Assembly (NCBI RefSeq): GCF_009914755.1
Contig: NC_060926.1
From: the human T2T-CHM13v2.0 reference genome, Homo sapiens
Strand: one strand, 5' to 3'
Length of the DNA stretch: 64,000 nucleotides
The notes under the pieces: model-generated
Databases searched by the model: none
Told to the model about the DNA's origin: nothing
What the model saw: only the letters and a program-made list of their open reading frames with translations
Program-made: the position numbers and the translations under genes
Shown here: positions 32,915 to 47,205 of the stretch, in pieces
How positions within the stretch are numbered: position 1 is the first letter of the stretch
Layout: each line of letters opens with the position of its first letter

Positions 32915-33120
32915 CTTAAAGAACTTATTATGCATTAGGTGCCATATCATTTCTGTAAAATTTCCTCAGGACTTTATAAAGTAGGGACAATTATTTCCAC
33001 TTGCAGTTGTAAAAACTCCAGGTTTTAAGTAGCTCATCTCAGGTTGACACGGTAATACAGTAGACCTTACAGATAGAGATCAAACCTAGCTCTACTTCTT
33101 TTAGACTTCAATAAGCTGCC
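32915..33120. mobile_element. MIR fragment
   Basis: tttcctcagg...aagtagggacaattatttccacttgcagttg...tcaaacctag. Confidence 0.5.
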
Positions 33121-34347
33121 ATGTGAAAGGACACTATCAAACAAATAAGAAAAATCTTGGGAATTATAATGATACACTGGACATGACTCATTTATCTATT
33201 CAGTTATACTCTTAAAAGTTAAATAAAGAGCTAAAGTTTCTTGAAATGCATTTTTAAATCCCTTGCTAAAGCATCCTGATTATTGACTTCATTCAACTCA
33301 AAGAATTATTTTAAACTAAATCCATAGAAAGTATACTTCTTTCTTCACTTACAAAGCACCAAGTTTTAAAACTAAATAAGACTTTCTTCCTCTGTATAAC
33401 TTGAGCAAAAGAGACATCTAACTCAATACATTAGAGATTACCTATTAAGAGAAGCAATATAATAAAGAACACTGATGTTAGAAATATTCTCTGAAAGGAA
33501 ACATAACCAGAAAGTTTAAAAACAATAATAAAAATTAGTCCTCATTCTCATACACCAATGATATGTGTGAAAAATATCTTTGCATTGAAGCCTGTACATG
33601 TTGATGCAACAGAGTCACATAAGCCAGGCTTTGTTTTATTTTTATTTTTTTCTGTTTGGACGTAGTCTATGAGAAATTACACTACTCTTAAAAATTTATA
33701 CTATTCTTTTTATTTTTAAGTTACAAATATTAAGAATTATTCTCTTTTGTTCACTACCAAGAAAACAATAATGTCTTTATAGAAGACAGTCTATAATTTG
33801 ACAATTCGTATTGTATTTGAATTTCTACATTTATGTGCTCTTATATTTATTGTCCTCAATTGCATACATTCATTAAAAAAGTACTTATATTACAAGAACA
33901 ATAAAAAAGTTAACCTTGCTATCCTTCACCTAGATTTTACTTATCGTCTCTTGATGTATTTCTCATTAATTTACTTTTAACTCCAGAATATGTTGTTCTG
34001 TGTCTTTCTTAATATATTATTGAGAATAACATCGAAAACCTTTTGGATACACAGGAAAAATTTGAGAAATTTAAAAAAAGAAATACATATAGTTATATTT
34101 TATAATGTAAAGTTTTAGTTGAGTTTAATTTTTTCTGTCTCAGAAACATATGTTATACATTACTTAGTTCTGCAATGATACCATATGATTTAGCTTTGAT
34201 TAAATAATAATTACACAATTTCTCTGGAAAATACAGTACTGTAGTCTACCTCACAAACAGTGAAAATTAATAGTACATTCCTAATTTAAAAGTAAGGGAT
34301 AGAGTCTGACAGATCCTTACCACTGAAGAAGTACATTCCAATTTTTT

Positions 34348-35382
34348 TTAATTTTTATTTTAAGTTCTGGGATATATGCACAGTGTTACATAGGTATAAG
34401 TGTGCCATGGTGGTTTGCTGCACCTATCAACCCGTCGCTCAAGTATTAAGCCCAGCATATATTAGCTATTTGTCCTGATGCTCTCCCTCCCCTCGCACCC
34501 TGCCCCCCAACCCAGACAGGTCCCGTGTGTGTTGTTCCCCTCTCTGTGTCCATGTGTTCTCATTGTTCAGCTCCCACTTATAAGTGAGAACATGCGGTGT
34601 TTGGTTTTCTGTTCCTGTGTTAATTTGCTGAGGAGGATGGTTTCCAGCTTCATCTATGTCCATGTGAAGGACATGATCTCATTCTTTTTATGGCTGTGTA
34701 GTATTCCATGGTATATATGTACCGTATTTTCTTTATCCAGTCTATCACTGATGGACACTTGAGTTGGTTCCATGTCTTTACTATTGTGAATAATGCTGCA
34801 ATAAACCTATGTGTGCATGCATCTTTATAATATAATGATTTATATTCTTTGGGCTACATACCCAGGAATAGGATTGCAGGGTCAAATGGTATTTCTGGTT
34901 CTGATTCGTTGAGGAATCGCCATACTGTCTTCTACAATGTTTGAACTAGTTTACATTCCCATCAATGGTGTAAAAGTGTTCCTATTTCTCCACAGCTCCA
35001 CCAGCATCTGTTGTTTCTTGACTTTTTAGTAATAGCCATTCTGACTGGTGTGAGGTGGTATCTCACTGTAGTTATGATTTACGTGTCTCTAACAATCAGC
35101 GATGTTGAACTTTTTTCATGTTTGTTGGCCACATAAATGTCTTCTTTTGAGAAGTGTCTGTTCATGTCATCTAAAACCAATGAGAACAAAGAGACAATGT
35201 ACCAAAATCTCTGTGTTAAGAGGGAAATTTATAGCACTAAACACCTACATCAGAAAGCTTGAAAGATCTCAAATCGACACCCTAACATCACAAATAAAAG
35301 ACCTAGAGAAATAAGAGTGAACAAATCTAAAACGTAGCAGACAAGAAATCACTAAGATCAGAGGAGAACTGAAAGAGATAGA

Positions 35383-35433
<51 letters not shown>

Positions 35434-35566
35434 GCTTCAAAAAATTGATAAACCCAGGAGCTGGTTTTTGGAAAAACATAATAAAATAGATTAATAAAAT
35501 AATATTAATAAAATAGAAGACCGCTAGCTAAACTAATAAAGAAGAGAAGGGAGAAGAATCATACAG
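34348..35566 (-). mobile_element. L1PA8-10-like with 5' inversion and large internal deletion
   Basis: Antisense 3' end to 35168, then sense ORF2 (aaccaatgagaacaaagagaca...gggagaagaatca). TSD gtacattccaatttttt (34331-34347) / gtacattctaatttttt (35567-35583). Confidence 0.9.
35384..35432. repeat. (CA)n microsatellite, about 24 units
   Basis: Direct reading. Confidence 0.98.
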
Positions 35567-35787
35567 GTACATTCTAATTTTTTAAAGAAAAACTATTTTT
35601 TAATGAACTAGCTATTAAGAAAACATATATGTATGTTTAAGTACTTAAAGCATGTTATATTATAATATGTTTATATAGTATATATTATGTATATATAAAA
35701 ATACTTGTTTTTTTAAATTTACAAATATAATATCCTACCTCAGGTCACCATGGGTTTATTTGTGCTAATGAGAAGCAGTCTATTTAG

Positions 35788-36204
<417 letters not shown>

Positions 36205-36984
36205 AGAAATCAAACTCGTTCATTTTTAGTATATCATTTTCTTGTTGTATGCTATAGTTTTCTTAGTATATGTTCCTTTAACAAGCAAAAACAACCGCAA
36301 AATTATATAAGTGAAATTAAAACAAACACAAGAGTTGCTTTTAAAAGAAATTTGTAAGTAGTCTAAAATCACTCATTTGGCATCAGTATATGTGCATGAC
36401 CATTACAGTGCTGTGGGATAAATAAGAAGGGACACATGTGGTTCCTGTCTTGAGAGGCTGTGACCTCTTTGGTATGCCAACATTTCAAGTAATTTGTGAA
36501 GAGTTCAAAGGTTAATTACTAGGTTTCAGAAGATGTCAGAAACAATGTGAAAAAAGTGAAAAAACAAAACCCTACAAATTTATGATTGACAAATCCTTAA
36601 CATTTTACTTGAGGAAAATTGCCAACAATTAAAAGAAGAAAAGATTTTAATCGTATCACATTACAAGATAATTAAGGGCGTAGTTTTGATTAGTTGTTTC
36701 ACGGTTAATTGGTTAATATCTTGTGAAATATTTCTAGATCTTTTTTATGTTTGGTGGAATTATGAGAACCTGGCACTTTTAAATGGAATTACCAAGCCCC
36801 TCTTTATTTAGTAGGAAAAACTTGGAAGTGTTGTTATGTTTCTTATCAATATAATTTTAATTTTATTAATTTGGTCTTGAGGTCTTTTGATCTTGAGGAA
36901 GAAATCTGTAGATTGCTTCCCTCTCTTGATAAGCCCCATAAGCTCGATCTCTGCCATGACCAGATGAAGTTTGATTTGGGTTTG

Positions 36985-37335
36985 TGTGTCAGGTAAGACA
37001 CAATGAGAAAGTAAAACCAAAATGCCTAAAACAAGAAATTTGCTACTCACAGGTCTCAGAAAGGTTATTGGTGCCAATGGGAGGCTGAGGGAAAGTCTAG
37101 AGGATGCAGAGAGCCAAATTACTGGGTGGAGAGCCAGAAAGAGAAAGAGGTCCTGTGGGATTATAACTTTATTAAGGTCCATGGATATTATGCATTAGGC
37201 TTTCCCATTGGAAAACACTAGAAAAGGAAAAACTTATTTACATGACTCTGGTCTTGACATTTAGATTTTATTGTGGTCAACAGCTATGGGGTATGTTGGG
37301 TCTTGGGTCAGTGAGATGAAGATCAAATGGGCTAC
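36985..37335 (-). mobile_element. Probable old ERVL LTR fragment
   Basis: aatttgctactcacaggtc...ctgtggg...ttttatt layout like the LTR at 16.2-16.9 kb. Confidence 0.4.
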
Positions 37336-37586
37336 ATCAGACGCAAAACAAACAAACAAACAAACATTTAACTACGCTGTTGGGGACAGAATACATAAAT
37401 TTGTCTTCTGTCCCCAGAATACAAATTTATGACAAGGCTGTGTATGTAAACCTTATACTTCATATTTATATAATATTCTATGCTATGTGTGTACCCAGAA
37501 ACATTTGAAGGGGGATACTAATAAATTTCCAAAAACAATTCATTAAAATTATTTTTAGTAACTGAAATGCTACTAAAAATGATAAC

Positions 37587-37714
37587 ACCAGAAGTGGATG
37601 TAGGCACCATGCTTCATGTATGGCCTACAGAAGTGTGAGCCAAATAAACTTATTTTCTTTATAAATTACCCAGCCCTAGGTATTTCTCTATAGAATTGCA
37701 AATGAACTAACACA
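37587..37714 (+). mobile_element. MST (MaLR) LTR 3' fragment
   Basis: gtgagccaaataaacttattttctttataaattacccagccctaggtattt...actaacaca. Confidence 0.85.
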
Positions 37715-37729
37715 CGGTTGAATATATAT

Positions 37730-40700
37730 AAACTTAGATTTAATTCTTTAATCAATTTTGATTTCATTTTTGTACATAATAAGAGATAAAGGTCTACTTT
37801 ATTCTTCTTCAAATGGATATCCAATTTTCCCAGCACCATTTATTGAAGAGACTGTTCCTTCTTCAATGCATGTTCTTGAGAAATTTGTTGAAAATGAGTT
37901 TACTGTAGATGTATGGATTTATTTCTGGGATCTTTCCTCTGTTCCACTGGTCTATGTGTCTCTTTATGCCAGTCCCATGCTGTTTTGATTACTATACATT
38001 TATAGTATAATGTGGTCAGATAACATGATTCCTACAGTTTTATTCTTTTGGCTCAGGATGGCTTTGGCTATTCTGGGTGTTTTCTGGTTCTATGTAAGTT
38101 CTAGGATGTTTCTTTTCTATTTCTGCGAATAATTTCATTGATATTTTGACAGTGATTGCATGAAATCTGTAGATCACTTGGGCTAGTCTGGATATTTTAA
38201 CAATATTGATCCTTTCAATCCATGAATATGGGATACCTTTCAATTTTTTGTGTACCCTTCAATGTATTTTATCAGTGTTTTATAATTTTCGTTGTAGAGA
38301 TCTTTCACTTCTCCGGTTAACTCCTAATTATTTTATTTTATTTGTAGCTATTGAAAACTGGGTTGCTTTTTTGATCTCTTTATTAGATTATTTGCTATCG
38401 GCATATAGAAATGCTACTGATTTTTTAAATGTTGATTTTGTTTCTTGCAACTTTACTGAATTTGTTTATTTTTTCTAATAGTTACTTGGTGGAGTCGTTA
38501 GATTTTTGCAAATGTTAGATTACATCATCTGCAAGCAAGGATTGTTTGATTTCTTCCTTTCCAATTTCAATGCCTTTTATTTTTCTCTAGCATCTTGTGG
38601 CTCTAGCTAGGACTTCTTATATAAAACTTCTCCGGCTATTTTGTATAACAGTGGTGCAGGTGGGAATCCTTGCCTTGTTCCAGACCTTGGAGGAAAGGCT
38701 TTTAGTTTTTTCCCATTCCATATGTTACTAGCTTTGGGTCTGTCATATATGGCTTTCATTGTGTTGAGGTATATTTTTTCTGCACCTATGTTTTGTGTTT
38801 TTCTTTTTTTAAATCATGAAGGGATGTTCAATTTTATCAATACTTTTTCAGCATCAATTAAAATTACCGTATGCTTTTTGCCCTCCATTCTGTTTGTATG
38901 ATGTATGACGTTGATTGACTTGTGAATGCTGAGTCATCCTTGCATTTCTGGAATAAATCCCACTTTGTCATAATGAATTATCTTTCATATGTGTTATTTA
39001 ATTCAGTTTGTTAGAATTTCGTTGAGGATTTTTGCATCAATGTTCATCAGGGATATTGGCCTGTAGTTTCCTTTTTTTATTTTTATTTTTCTCTGGTTTT
39101 GGTATCAGGATAATACTGTCCTCATAGAATGAGTTTGTAAGTATTCCTTGTCTTCTATTTTTCACAACAGTTTGAGTAGGTTTGATCTTAGTTCTTCTGT
39201 AAATGTTTGGTGAAATTTAGCAGTGAAGCCATTGGGTCCTGGGCTTTTCTTTCCTGGGATACTTATTATGGCTTCAATCTCACTACTTATTATTGGTCTC
39301 CTCAGGTTTTGGATTTCTTCACAGTTCAATCTTGGTATGTGTCCAGGAATTTCTCAAATTCTTCTATGTTTTCCAATTTATTGGCATGTAGTTGCTCATA
39401 ATAACCTCTAATGATCCTGTAATGTCTGCAGTATTGGTTTTAATGTACTGTTTTTCATCTCTGATTTTATGTATTTGGGTCTTCTCTCTTTTTTTTCCTA
39501 ATTAGTCTGGCTAAATGTTTGTCAATTTACAAAAGAAAACAACTTTTGGTTTCGCTGATTTTTTATGTTTTTTTTGTTTAAATTCCATTTTTATTTATTA
39601 TGACCTTTATTATTTATTTCCTTCTAGTATTTTTAAGTTTGGTTTGATCTTGGATTTCTAGTTCTTCAAGATGTATACCTAGGTTTGTATCTCAAGGTTT
39701 TCTACTTTTTTGATGTAGGCACTTATTGCCATAAACCTTCCTCTTAGTACTGCTTTTGTTGTATCTCATAGGTTTTGGTATGTTGTGTTTTCATTCTCAT
39801 TTGTTTCAATTTATTTTTATTTTTTCTTAATTTCTGTGTTTTCTCACTAGTCATTCAGGACATTCATACTGTTTATTTTTCATATTTTCCAAAATTCCTG
39901 TTATTTCTAGCTTTTTCCTTTGTAATCGGAAAAGATATTTGACATAATTATATTTTTTCTTTAGTTTTTAAAGACTTATTTTGTGGCCTAACCATGGTCT
40001 ATCCTTGAAAATCATCCATGTGTTGAGGAGAAGAATGTGTATTCTGCAGCCATTGAAGGAAATAATCAGTAAATATCTATTAGGTCCATTTGGCCTATAG
40101 TGCAGATGAAGTCCACAGTTGCTTTGTTTATATTCTGTCTAGATGATCTGTTCAGTGATAAAATTGGCATGTTCAAGTCTCCAGCTATTATTTCATTAGG
40201 GTCTATCTCTCTCTTTACCTGTAATAGTATTTGCTTTATATATCTGGGTGGTTTGGTGTTGGGTGCATATATATTTACAATTGTTACATCCTCTTGCTGA
40301 ATTGATTCCTTTATTAGTATATAATGAGCTTTTAAAATTTTTTTTTCCTTGAAATCTAATCTCTTTTATTTAAAGATAGCTATTCTTGCTTTTTTTTTGG
40401 TTTCCATTGGCACGAAATATCTTTTTCCATCTCTTTATTTTTCACCTATGTGTGTCTATATAGGTGAAATGTGTTTCTTGTGGCAACAGATCATTGAGTC
40501 TTGTAAAAAATCTATTAAGCCATTCTATGTCTTTTGATTAAAGAGGTTAGTCCATTTAGATTTAATAATATTATTGGTAAGTTAGGACTTACTCCTGCCA
40601 TTTTGATTTTTTGTTTTCTGGTTATTTTGTGGTTTTCTCTTTCTTCTTTTCTCCTTCCTGCATTCTTCTTAGTGAAGGTAATTTTCTCTGGTGGTATATT

Positions 40701-43560
40701 TTGATTTCTTGATTATTATTTTTTGTGTATCTGTTTTATGTTTTTCAATTCGAGGTTACTGCGAAGCTTGCAAATAATAGCTCATAACCCAGTATTTTAA
40801 ACTGATGACAACTTAACACTGATTGTATAAATAAACAAAAGGAGAAAACTAATACAAACTCCACACTTTAACTTCAAACCCTCACTTTTTAAGTTTTAGT
40901 TGTCTCTATTTACATCTTATTGTACTACGTCTTGAAAAGTTGTAGTTATTATTTTTGATAAGTTCATCTTTAGTCTTTCTACTGAAGGTATGAGTAGTTT
41001 ACACACTAAAGTTACAGTGTTATAACATTGTGTTTTTCTGTGTACTTAATTTACCAGTGAACTTTGTATATTCAGATGATTTCTTCTTGCTCATTAACAT
41101 CCTTTCCTTTCAGATTGAAGGACTCCATTTAGGATTTCTTGTAGGACAGGTCTGATATTGATGAAATACCTGCTTTGGTTTCTATGGAAAAGTCTTTATT
41201 TCCCCTTCGTGTTTGAAGGATATTATCACTGGATATACTATTCTAGGATAAAAGTTTTTCTTCTTCTGCATTTTAAATATATTATGCTCTCTCTCCTGGC
41301 CTGTAAGCTTTCCACTGAGAAGTCTAATGTATTGTTCCTTGGTAAGTTGTTTGTTTCTTGTCTCTTGCTGCCTTTAGGATTCTTTCTTTATCCTTGATCT
41401 TTGGGAGTTTGATTATTAAATGTCTTGAGGTGCTATTATTTGAATAAAATCTGCTTGGTGTTCTATAACCTTCTTGTACTTGAATATTGACTTCTTTACC
41501 TATATTTGCAATGTTCTCTGATGTTATCCCTTGAATAAGCTTTCTAACCTGATATCTCTCTCTCTACCTCTTTAAAGCCAATAGCTCTTGGATTTGCCCT
41601 TTGGAGACTATTTTCTAGATCTCATAGGTGTGCTTCATTCTTTTTTGTTCTTTTTTTCTTTTATCTTCTCTGACTGTATATTTTCAAATTCCCTGTCTTT
41701 AAGCTCTCCAGTTCTTCTGCTTGACCAGTTTTACTATTAAGAGACTCTTTAGTATGTCAAATGCATTTTTCAGATCCAGAATTCCTGATGGATTCTTTTA
41801 AATTATTTCAATTTCTGTGTTAAGTTTGTCTCAAAGAGTTCTGAATTCTTTTTTTAAATATATCTTGAACTTCCTTCAGCTGACTCAACACAGCTATATT
41901 GAATTCTCTGTCTGAAAGGCCGCATATCTCTATCTCTCTGGGATTAGTCTCTGGTGCCTTATTTCATTTGCTGAGGTCATGTTTTCTTGGATAAACTTGA
42001 TGCTTGTGTATGTTCATTGGTGTCTGTGCATTGACGAGTTAGGTATTTATTGGAGTCTTTGCAGTCTACGCTTGTTTGTACCCATTATTCTTGGGAAGGC
42101 TTTCTAAGTATTTGAAGGGACTTGAATGTTGTAATATAAGTATTTGGTAACTGCATTAGAGGGCACCCCAAGCCTGGTAATGCTGTGGCTCTTGCAGGCT
42201 CATAGAGGTACTGCCTTGCTGGTCTTGAGTAAGATCTGGGAGAATTCTTTAGATTACCAGGCAGAGACCCTTGTTCTCTTCCTTTAATTTTCCCCAAACA
42301 AATGAAGTCTTTCTCTGTGCTGAGCTTCCTGGAGCTGGGGAAGGGATGACACAATTATCCCTGTAGCCACCACTAGTGGCACTACAGTGGGTCAGACCTG
42401 AAGGCAGCACAACACTGGGTCTCACTCAAGGCCTGTGGCAACCACTGAGAGGCTACCATTTATGTTCACTCAAGGCCCAAGGGTTCTATAATCAGCAGAT
42501 TTTGTGTACATCTTGTATACAACAACCAACAACCAGGCTTGTGTCCTTCCCTTCAGGGTGGTGAGATCTCCCTGGCCCCAAGTGGGTCGAGAGATGTCAT
42601 CCAATATCCAGGATGTGGAGTCTTTCCCTTTTAGGAAGTGAGTTCCTTTCATGTCCAGGCTGTGTCTAGAAATGTCTGGGAGCTAGAGCCTGCAGTAGGG
42701 GTCTTGGATCTCTACCTGGTGCCCTGTTCTACTGTGACTGAAACCAGTATCCAAGTTAGGAAACAAAGTACTCTTAACTCTCCCCTCTCTTTTACTCAGG
42801 CAGAAGGCAGGGGTCTGTTCTAGAGCTGTGAGCTGTGCTGCCTGGAGCTGAGAGAGGGGTGACATAAGCACTCCCTTAGCCACAACAAATAGTGTCTCAC
42901 TAGGTCACAGGCACCCCAAGCCCACTGGCTCCAATTGCAGCATTGCACTAGGACATGCCCAGGAATTGCCACCTGGTGGCCTAGACTGACTTTCAAGTAT
43001 ACGTAGGACATTAGGACTTTAGAATACTTTAGCCCACAATAGTGGGGCTTGCCAGAACTCAGGTCCTAACTGCTGGGATGAACAAGTTGCTTCTGGCTAG
43101 GGCTAGTTTGTGTGCTTCCTCTCTGGGCACAGCTAAGTTCTGCCGCATGTTGATTTCAGCTGTGATAGGATCCGTGTTGTGATCTATGATAAAGTCACAG
43201 ATCTGTAATCTTGATCTCATCATCTGTGATAAGATCAGCTGTGATAAGATCCAAGATCTATGTTGATTTTAGTGTGATAAGTCAGCAATGAATGCCAATG
43301 CAAAGTCCCATTATCACTGTGTTCTCCCCACAAGCACAAAAATTCTCAGTCTGTGTCATGTGGCTGCTGCCAGGGAATGGGAAGGAGGTGGTGTAGTCAA
43401 TTTAGACTGTCTTTCTTATGTTCTTCCATGCCTCTTTCAGTGATATGAATTCAAAACCAGGTACTATGATTGTTCACCTGATTTTTGGTTCTCAATAGTT
43501 CTTCAATTTGGTGTTCCTGTTGGGGGAATGTTCACTGGAGGCTTCTATTCAGACATCTTT
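37730..43560 (-). mobile_element. L1MA/L1M2-type element: ORF2 5' part, ORF1 and long 5'UTR
   Basis: Continuous antisense L1 of about 5.8 kb; GC-richer 5'UTR at 42.0-43.56 kb ending ctattcagacatctt. Confidence 0.85.
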
Positions 43561-43735
43561 CCTACCTTCTAAGTTTTTGAACCAATAGAAATGCCTTACC
43601 TGCTGATGCTTAAAAGAGAGAAATGTATGGATGTGCACTTAGGGAAATACACTTTGCCAGTTAGCCTCATGATTGAAACTTCTCTAATACCTCTATCATG
43701 TCATGGAGGTACACACATTTTAACTGTTTATATAT

Positions 43736-44091
43736 TGTATTAGTCCATTTATGCTGCTAAAACAAAAAACCTGAGATTAGATTTATAGACAACAGACATT
43801 TAATTTTTACACTTTTGAAGGCTAGGAAGTCTCCCAAGTTCTGGTGAGGGCCACGTTGCTGCTTCCAAGAGTTTCTTGAATGTTGCATCCCACAAGGGAG
43901 AACACTGTGTCCTCACATGGCAGAAGGAGCAGAAAGGCAAAAAGGTCTAGCTAGCTTCCTCTAGCCCTTTTATAAAGTCACTATTCCCATTTTTGAGGCC
44001 AATACCTCCTAATGCCATCACCTCTTAATACTGTTACGCTACCAATTACATTTTAATATATAAATGTTGGGGACACACTCGGACCATAGCA
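43736..44091 (-). mobile_element. MST/MLT1A-type MaLR solo LTR
   Basis: tgtattagtccatt...gtgtcctcacatggcagaagg...gaccatagca. Confidence 0.85.
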
Positions 44092-44494
44092 TACACTAAA
44101 GAGTTGCAGTGCACTTCACATACATGCTCATTACCATTTCTAAACTTAAAGTTTTCAACATTTCATACTGATTCCTTGACAATTTCTAGCAATTGTTTAC
44201 AGACAAAAGTGACCATCTATATATTTATATAAATTTATTTATATAACAATTGGCATGTTAATTGTGTAGCTATTGAATCATATGATTTTCTATTTGCAAT
44301 GTATCTTGAGTCTGATATATAATATAGTTGAACTTAAGTCTGTATCTGGAGGTCTTGTTTAGATAAAATTTTATGCATAGCCAAGCTCTAGTGTATTGTA
44401 CAGAGTGTTAAGAATGGATAAACACATTTAAAGCAAATTTAGTAATTAACATGTAAATATATGAGCATAATTGATAATCTTTCTTGAAGTACTG

Positions 44495-44640
44495 ATATAA
44501 ATTCAAATTCCCAGGCACTACTCCAGACGTATAAAATCAGAATTACCACCGGCCTACCTATGAAAGACTTTTGAAATAGTATTTTATTATGTTTCTCAAG
44601 CTAATTCTAGTGCTTAACCATGTTTAGTAAATACAGTTTT
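44495..44640. mobile_element. MER5-like DNA transposon fragment
   Basis: aaattcccaggcactactccagac...aaatcagaat...ctaattct. Confidence 0.4.
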
Positions 44641-44755
44641 AAATTGTGACTGAATTTCGAAAGAAGGATGTAATTTACACTTTGATGATATAAAAAGACA
44701 AAGAAAGGATAATTTTGTAAGGAGGCTATGTTATTTCCTTATAAATAAATTTTGT

Positions 44756-45071
44756 TGCCTGTAATCCCAGCATTTTGGGAGACCAAGGCTGGCCGATCAC
44801 CTGAGGTTAGGAGTTCGATACCGGCCTGGGCAACATGGTGAAACTCCATTTCTACTAAAAAATAAAAATAAAAATATTAGCAGGGTGTTGTGGTGGGTGC
44901 TTGTAATCCCAGCTACTGAGGAGGCTGAAGCAGTAGGAATCACTTCAACCTGGGAGGCAGTGGTCACAGTGAGCAGAGATCACAACACCACTGTACTCCA
45001 GCCTGGGTGACAGAGTGAGACTCTGTCTCAAAAAAACAAAACAACAAACAAAAAACAAACAAACAAAAAAA
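44756..45071 (+). mobile_element. AluS, slightly 5'-truncated
   Basis: Starts at gcctgtaatcccagc; gatcacctgaggttaggag; (AAAC)n tail. Confidence 0.92.
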
Positions 45072-45279
45072 TTCTTCATGAATTTTTACTTTTACAATAT
45101 TGAGAACAAGGAAAATAAAGTAAGTTTCTAATATAATATTAGATGAATTTAAAATAATTGTAGTTTAGGTAAAGAACAATTGAATTATTATTCTAAATGT
45201 TTAGTGCCTAGGGGAAAAGGTTAAGAGTTATCTAAAAATATTTAAAACAACTATAATAACTTTGTACAAATATTATAAT

Positions 45280-45938
45280 AAAATAAAAATAAAATGTGGA
45301 GATAAAGGGGCTACAATAAAAAAGTAAAAAAAAAACTAACAGAAATGAAAAACATAATACCTGAAATTAATACTTCACTAAGTGGTGTTAAGAAAAATTT
45401 AATATATTGCATAATGAAAAGAAAGACACAGACATAGATACTAGAGAAGCAGATGCAGATGGAGAAAAAAAATAGAAAACTTTAATTCAGCCTTAATGAC
45501 CTGTGAGATCATATTAATATGGCAAATATAAGTTAAATTGCAACCCCAAGAAGGGTAGAGGCAGAAAATTATTTGAAGAAATAATAGTAAAAACAGTCCA
45601 AAATTGATACAAATTAGAATAAGAGACACAAGAAACTCAATGTTCTCCAAATAGGATAAATATATGTACATGCATGGGTATATATGCATGAGGTATAAAC
45701 TTTTAAATACTAAAATTCAATGAAGAATAAAAAAAAATTTAAGGAGGCCAGCAGGAAGTAATGTTGTAGTGGGGCAAGGTGCATTACATCCACAGGAAAT
45801 AAAGATAAGAATGCCTGAAAATAATTAATCAGACGGTATGAAAAACAGAAGACTAATGGAATCTTTAAGATGTTGAAAGAATTTTAAATTAACATTCTAC
45901 ATGCATCCAGGGAAAAGTTCTTTCAAAACAGAAGATGA
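45280..45938 (+). mobile_element. Old L1M ORF1 fragment
   Basis: cagaaaattatttgaagaaataatag...ccaaaattgat motif. Confidence 0.55.
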
Positions 45939-46249
45939 GGCCGGGCGCAGTGGCTCATGCCTGAAATCCCAGCACTTTAGGAGGCAGAGGCGGATGGATC
46001 ATGAGGTGAGGAGATCGAGATCATCCTAGCTAACAGGGTGAAACCCTGTCTCTACTAAAAAAATACATAATATTAGCCGGGCGTGGTGGCGGGCACCAGT
46101 AGTCCCAGCTACTCAGGAGGCTGAGGCAGGAGAATGGCATGGACCCGGGAGGCGGAGCTTGCAGCGAGCCAAGATCGCGCCACTGCACTCCAGCCTGGGT
46201 GACAAAGCGAGACTCCGTCTCAACAAACAAACAAACAAAAACAAACACA
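45939..46249 (+). mobile_element. AluY
   Basis: ggagcttgcag and gagatcgag diagnostics; TSD agaagatga. Confidence 0.96.
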
Positions 46250-47205
46250 AGAAGATGAGGAGTGACCAGGAAAACGACAGAGTAGGCACCTTCAATATCT
46301 CATTCCTACATAATAACATTGGAAACTAGCAGGAATTGTCAGAATCAACTTTGTCGGAAGTCTAGAAAATAGCCAGAGGTTTACAGCAACCAAAGCGTGT
46401 TGAATCAAAAAAAGGCAATTTTAAAGTGGGGGAAAACTTTTGCAGCTTTATGTTTACTTGTCCCCCATGTATGGTGGGAGTTCTGAAGGGGAAAATTTGG
46501 GTTCTTGGAGTGTGACTACGTTCTCTTGTTCAGGAACAATCAGAGCCATTTCTACTCACAAATTATTGTGTATGTTTTTTTCTTATCTGCCTGGAGACCA
46601 CTTAAGGGATTGACAGAAAGTTCCCTTTCCTGTCTCCCCTAACTCAAATCTCAGACTGGAAAAGCGCAAAGATTGCTTGAAAACACTGAAAATTAACTAA
46701 CAACCCACGGATGCCTAAGTGACAGATTATGGTCAAGATATACAATAGATTTTCTTACACTTGGAAGCAAATCCTTGGGAGAGTTACTTTGGGACATGCA
46801 AAATTCCCATATATGAGAACATTTCAAAGGTGATGCACGTGCACAGGGCAAAATGGTGCTCAAAAAAATCCTTGGAAGATTTTAATCTTTCACTTCAGGC
46901 TGATCTCTAGGCTCAGTGGAAATCTGGTTAACTGTTAAAGGAGTGCCCCAGCACAACGCCAGTGTAAAAATACTAGGAGAAAGTTGTTTATTTATTTATT
47001 TTTCAGCATTTGCCCATTAAAAGAAATGTCTGTGAATACACTAGCTAAACAAAAGACAAGGACAGATGCTTCAATGATGACACTTGGCAAAAGGGCTACA
47101 GTCTATGCAAAACATTTGAGAAGGTCAGAAGAAAAATAGATTACTACAGATTTCAATAGCAGTTATAACATTTTTAAGGCAGCATTTAACAGTAGGGGAG
47201 GGTGA

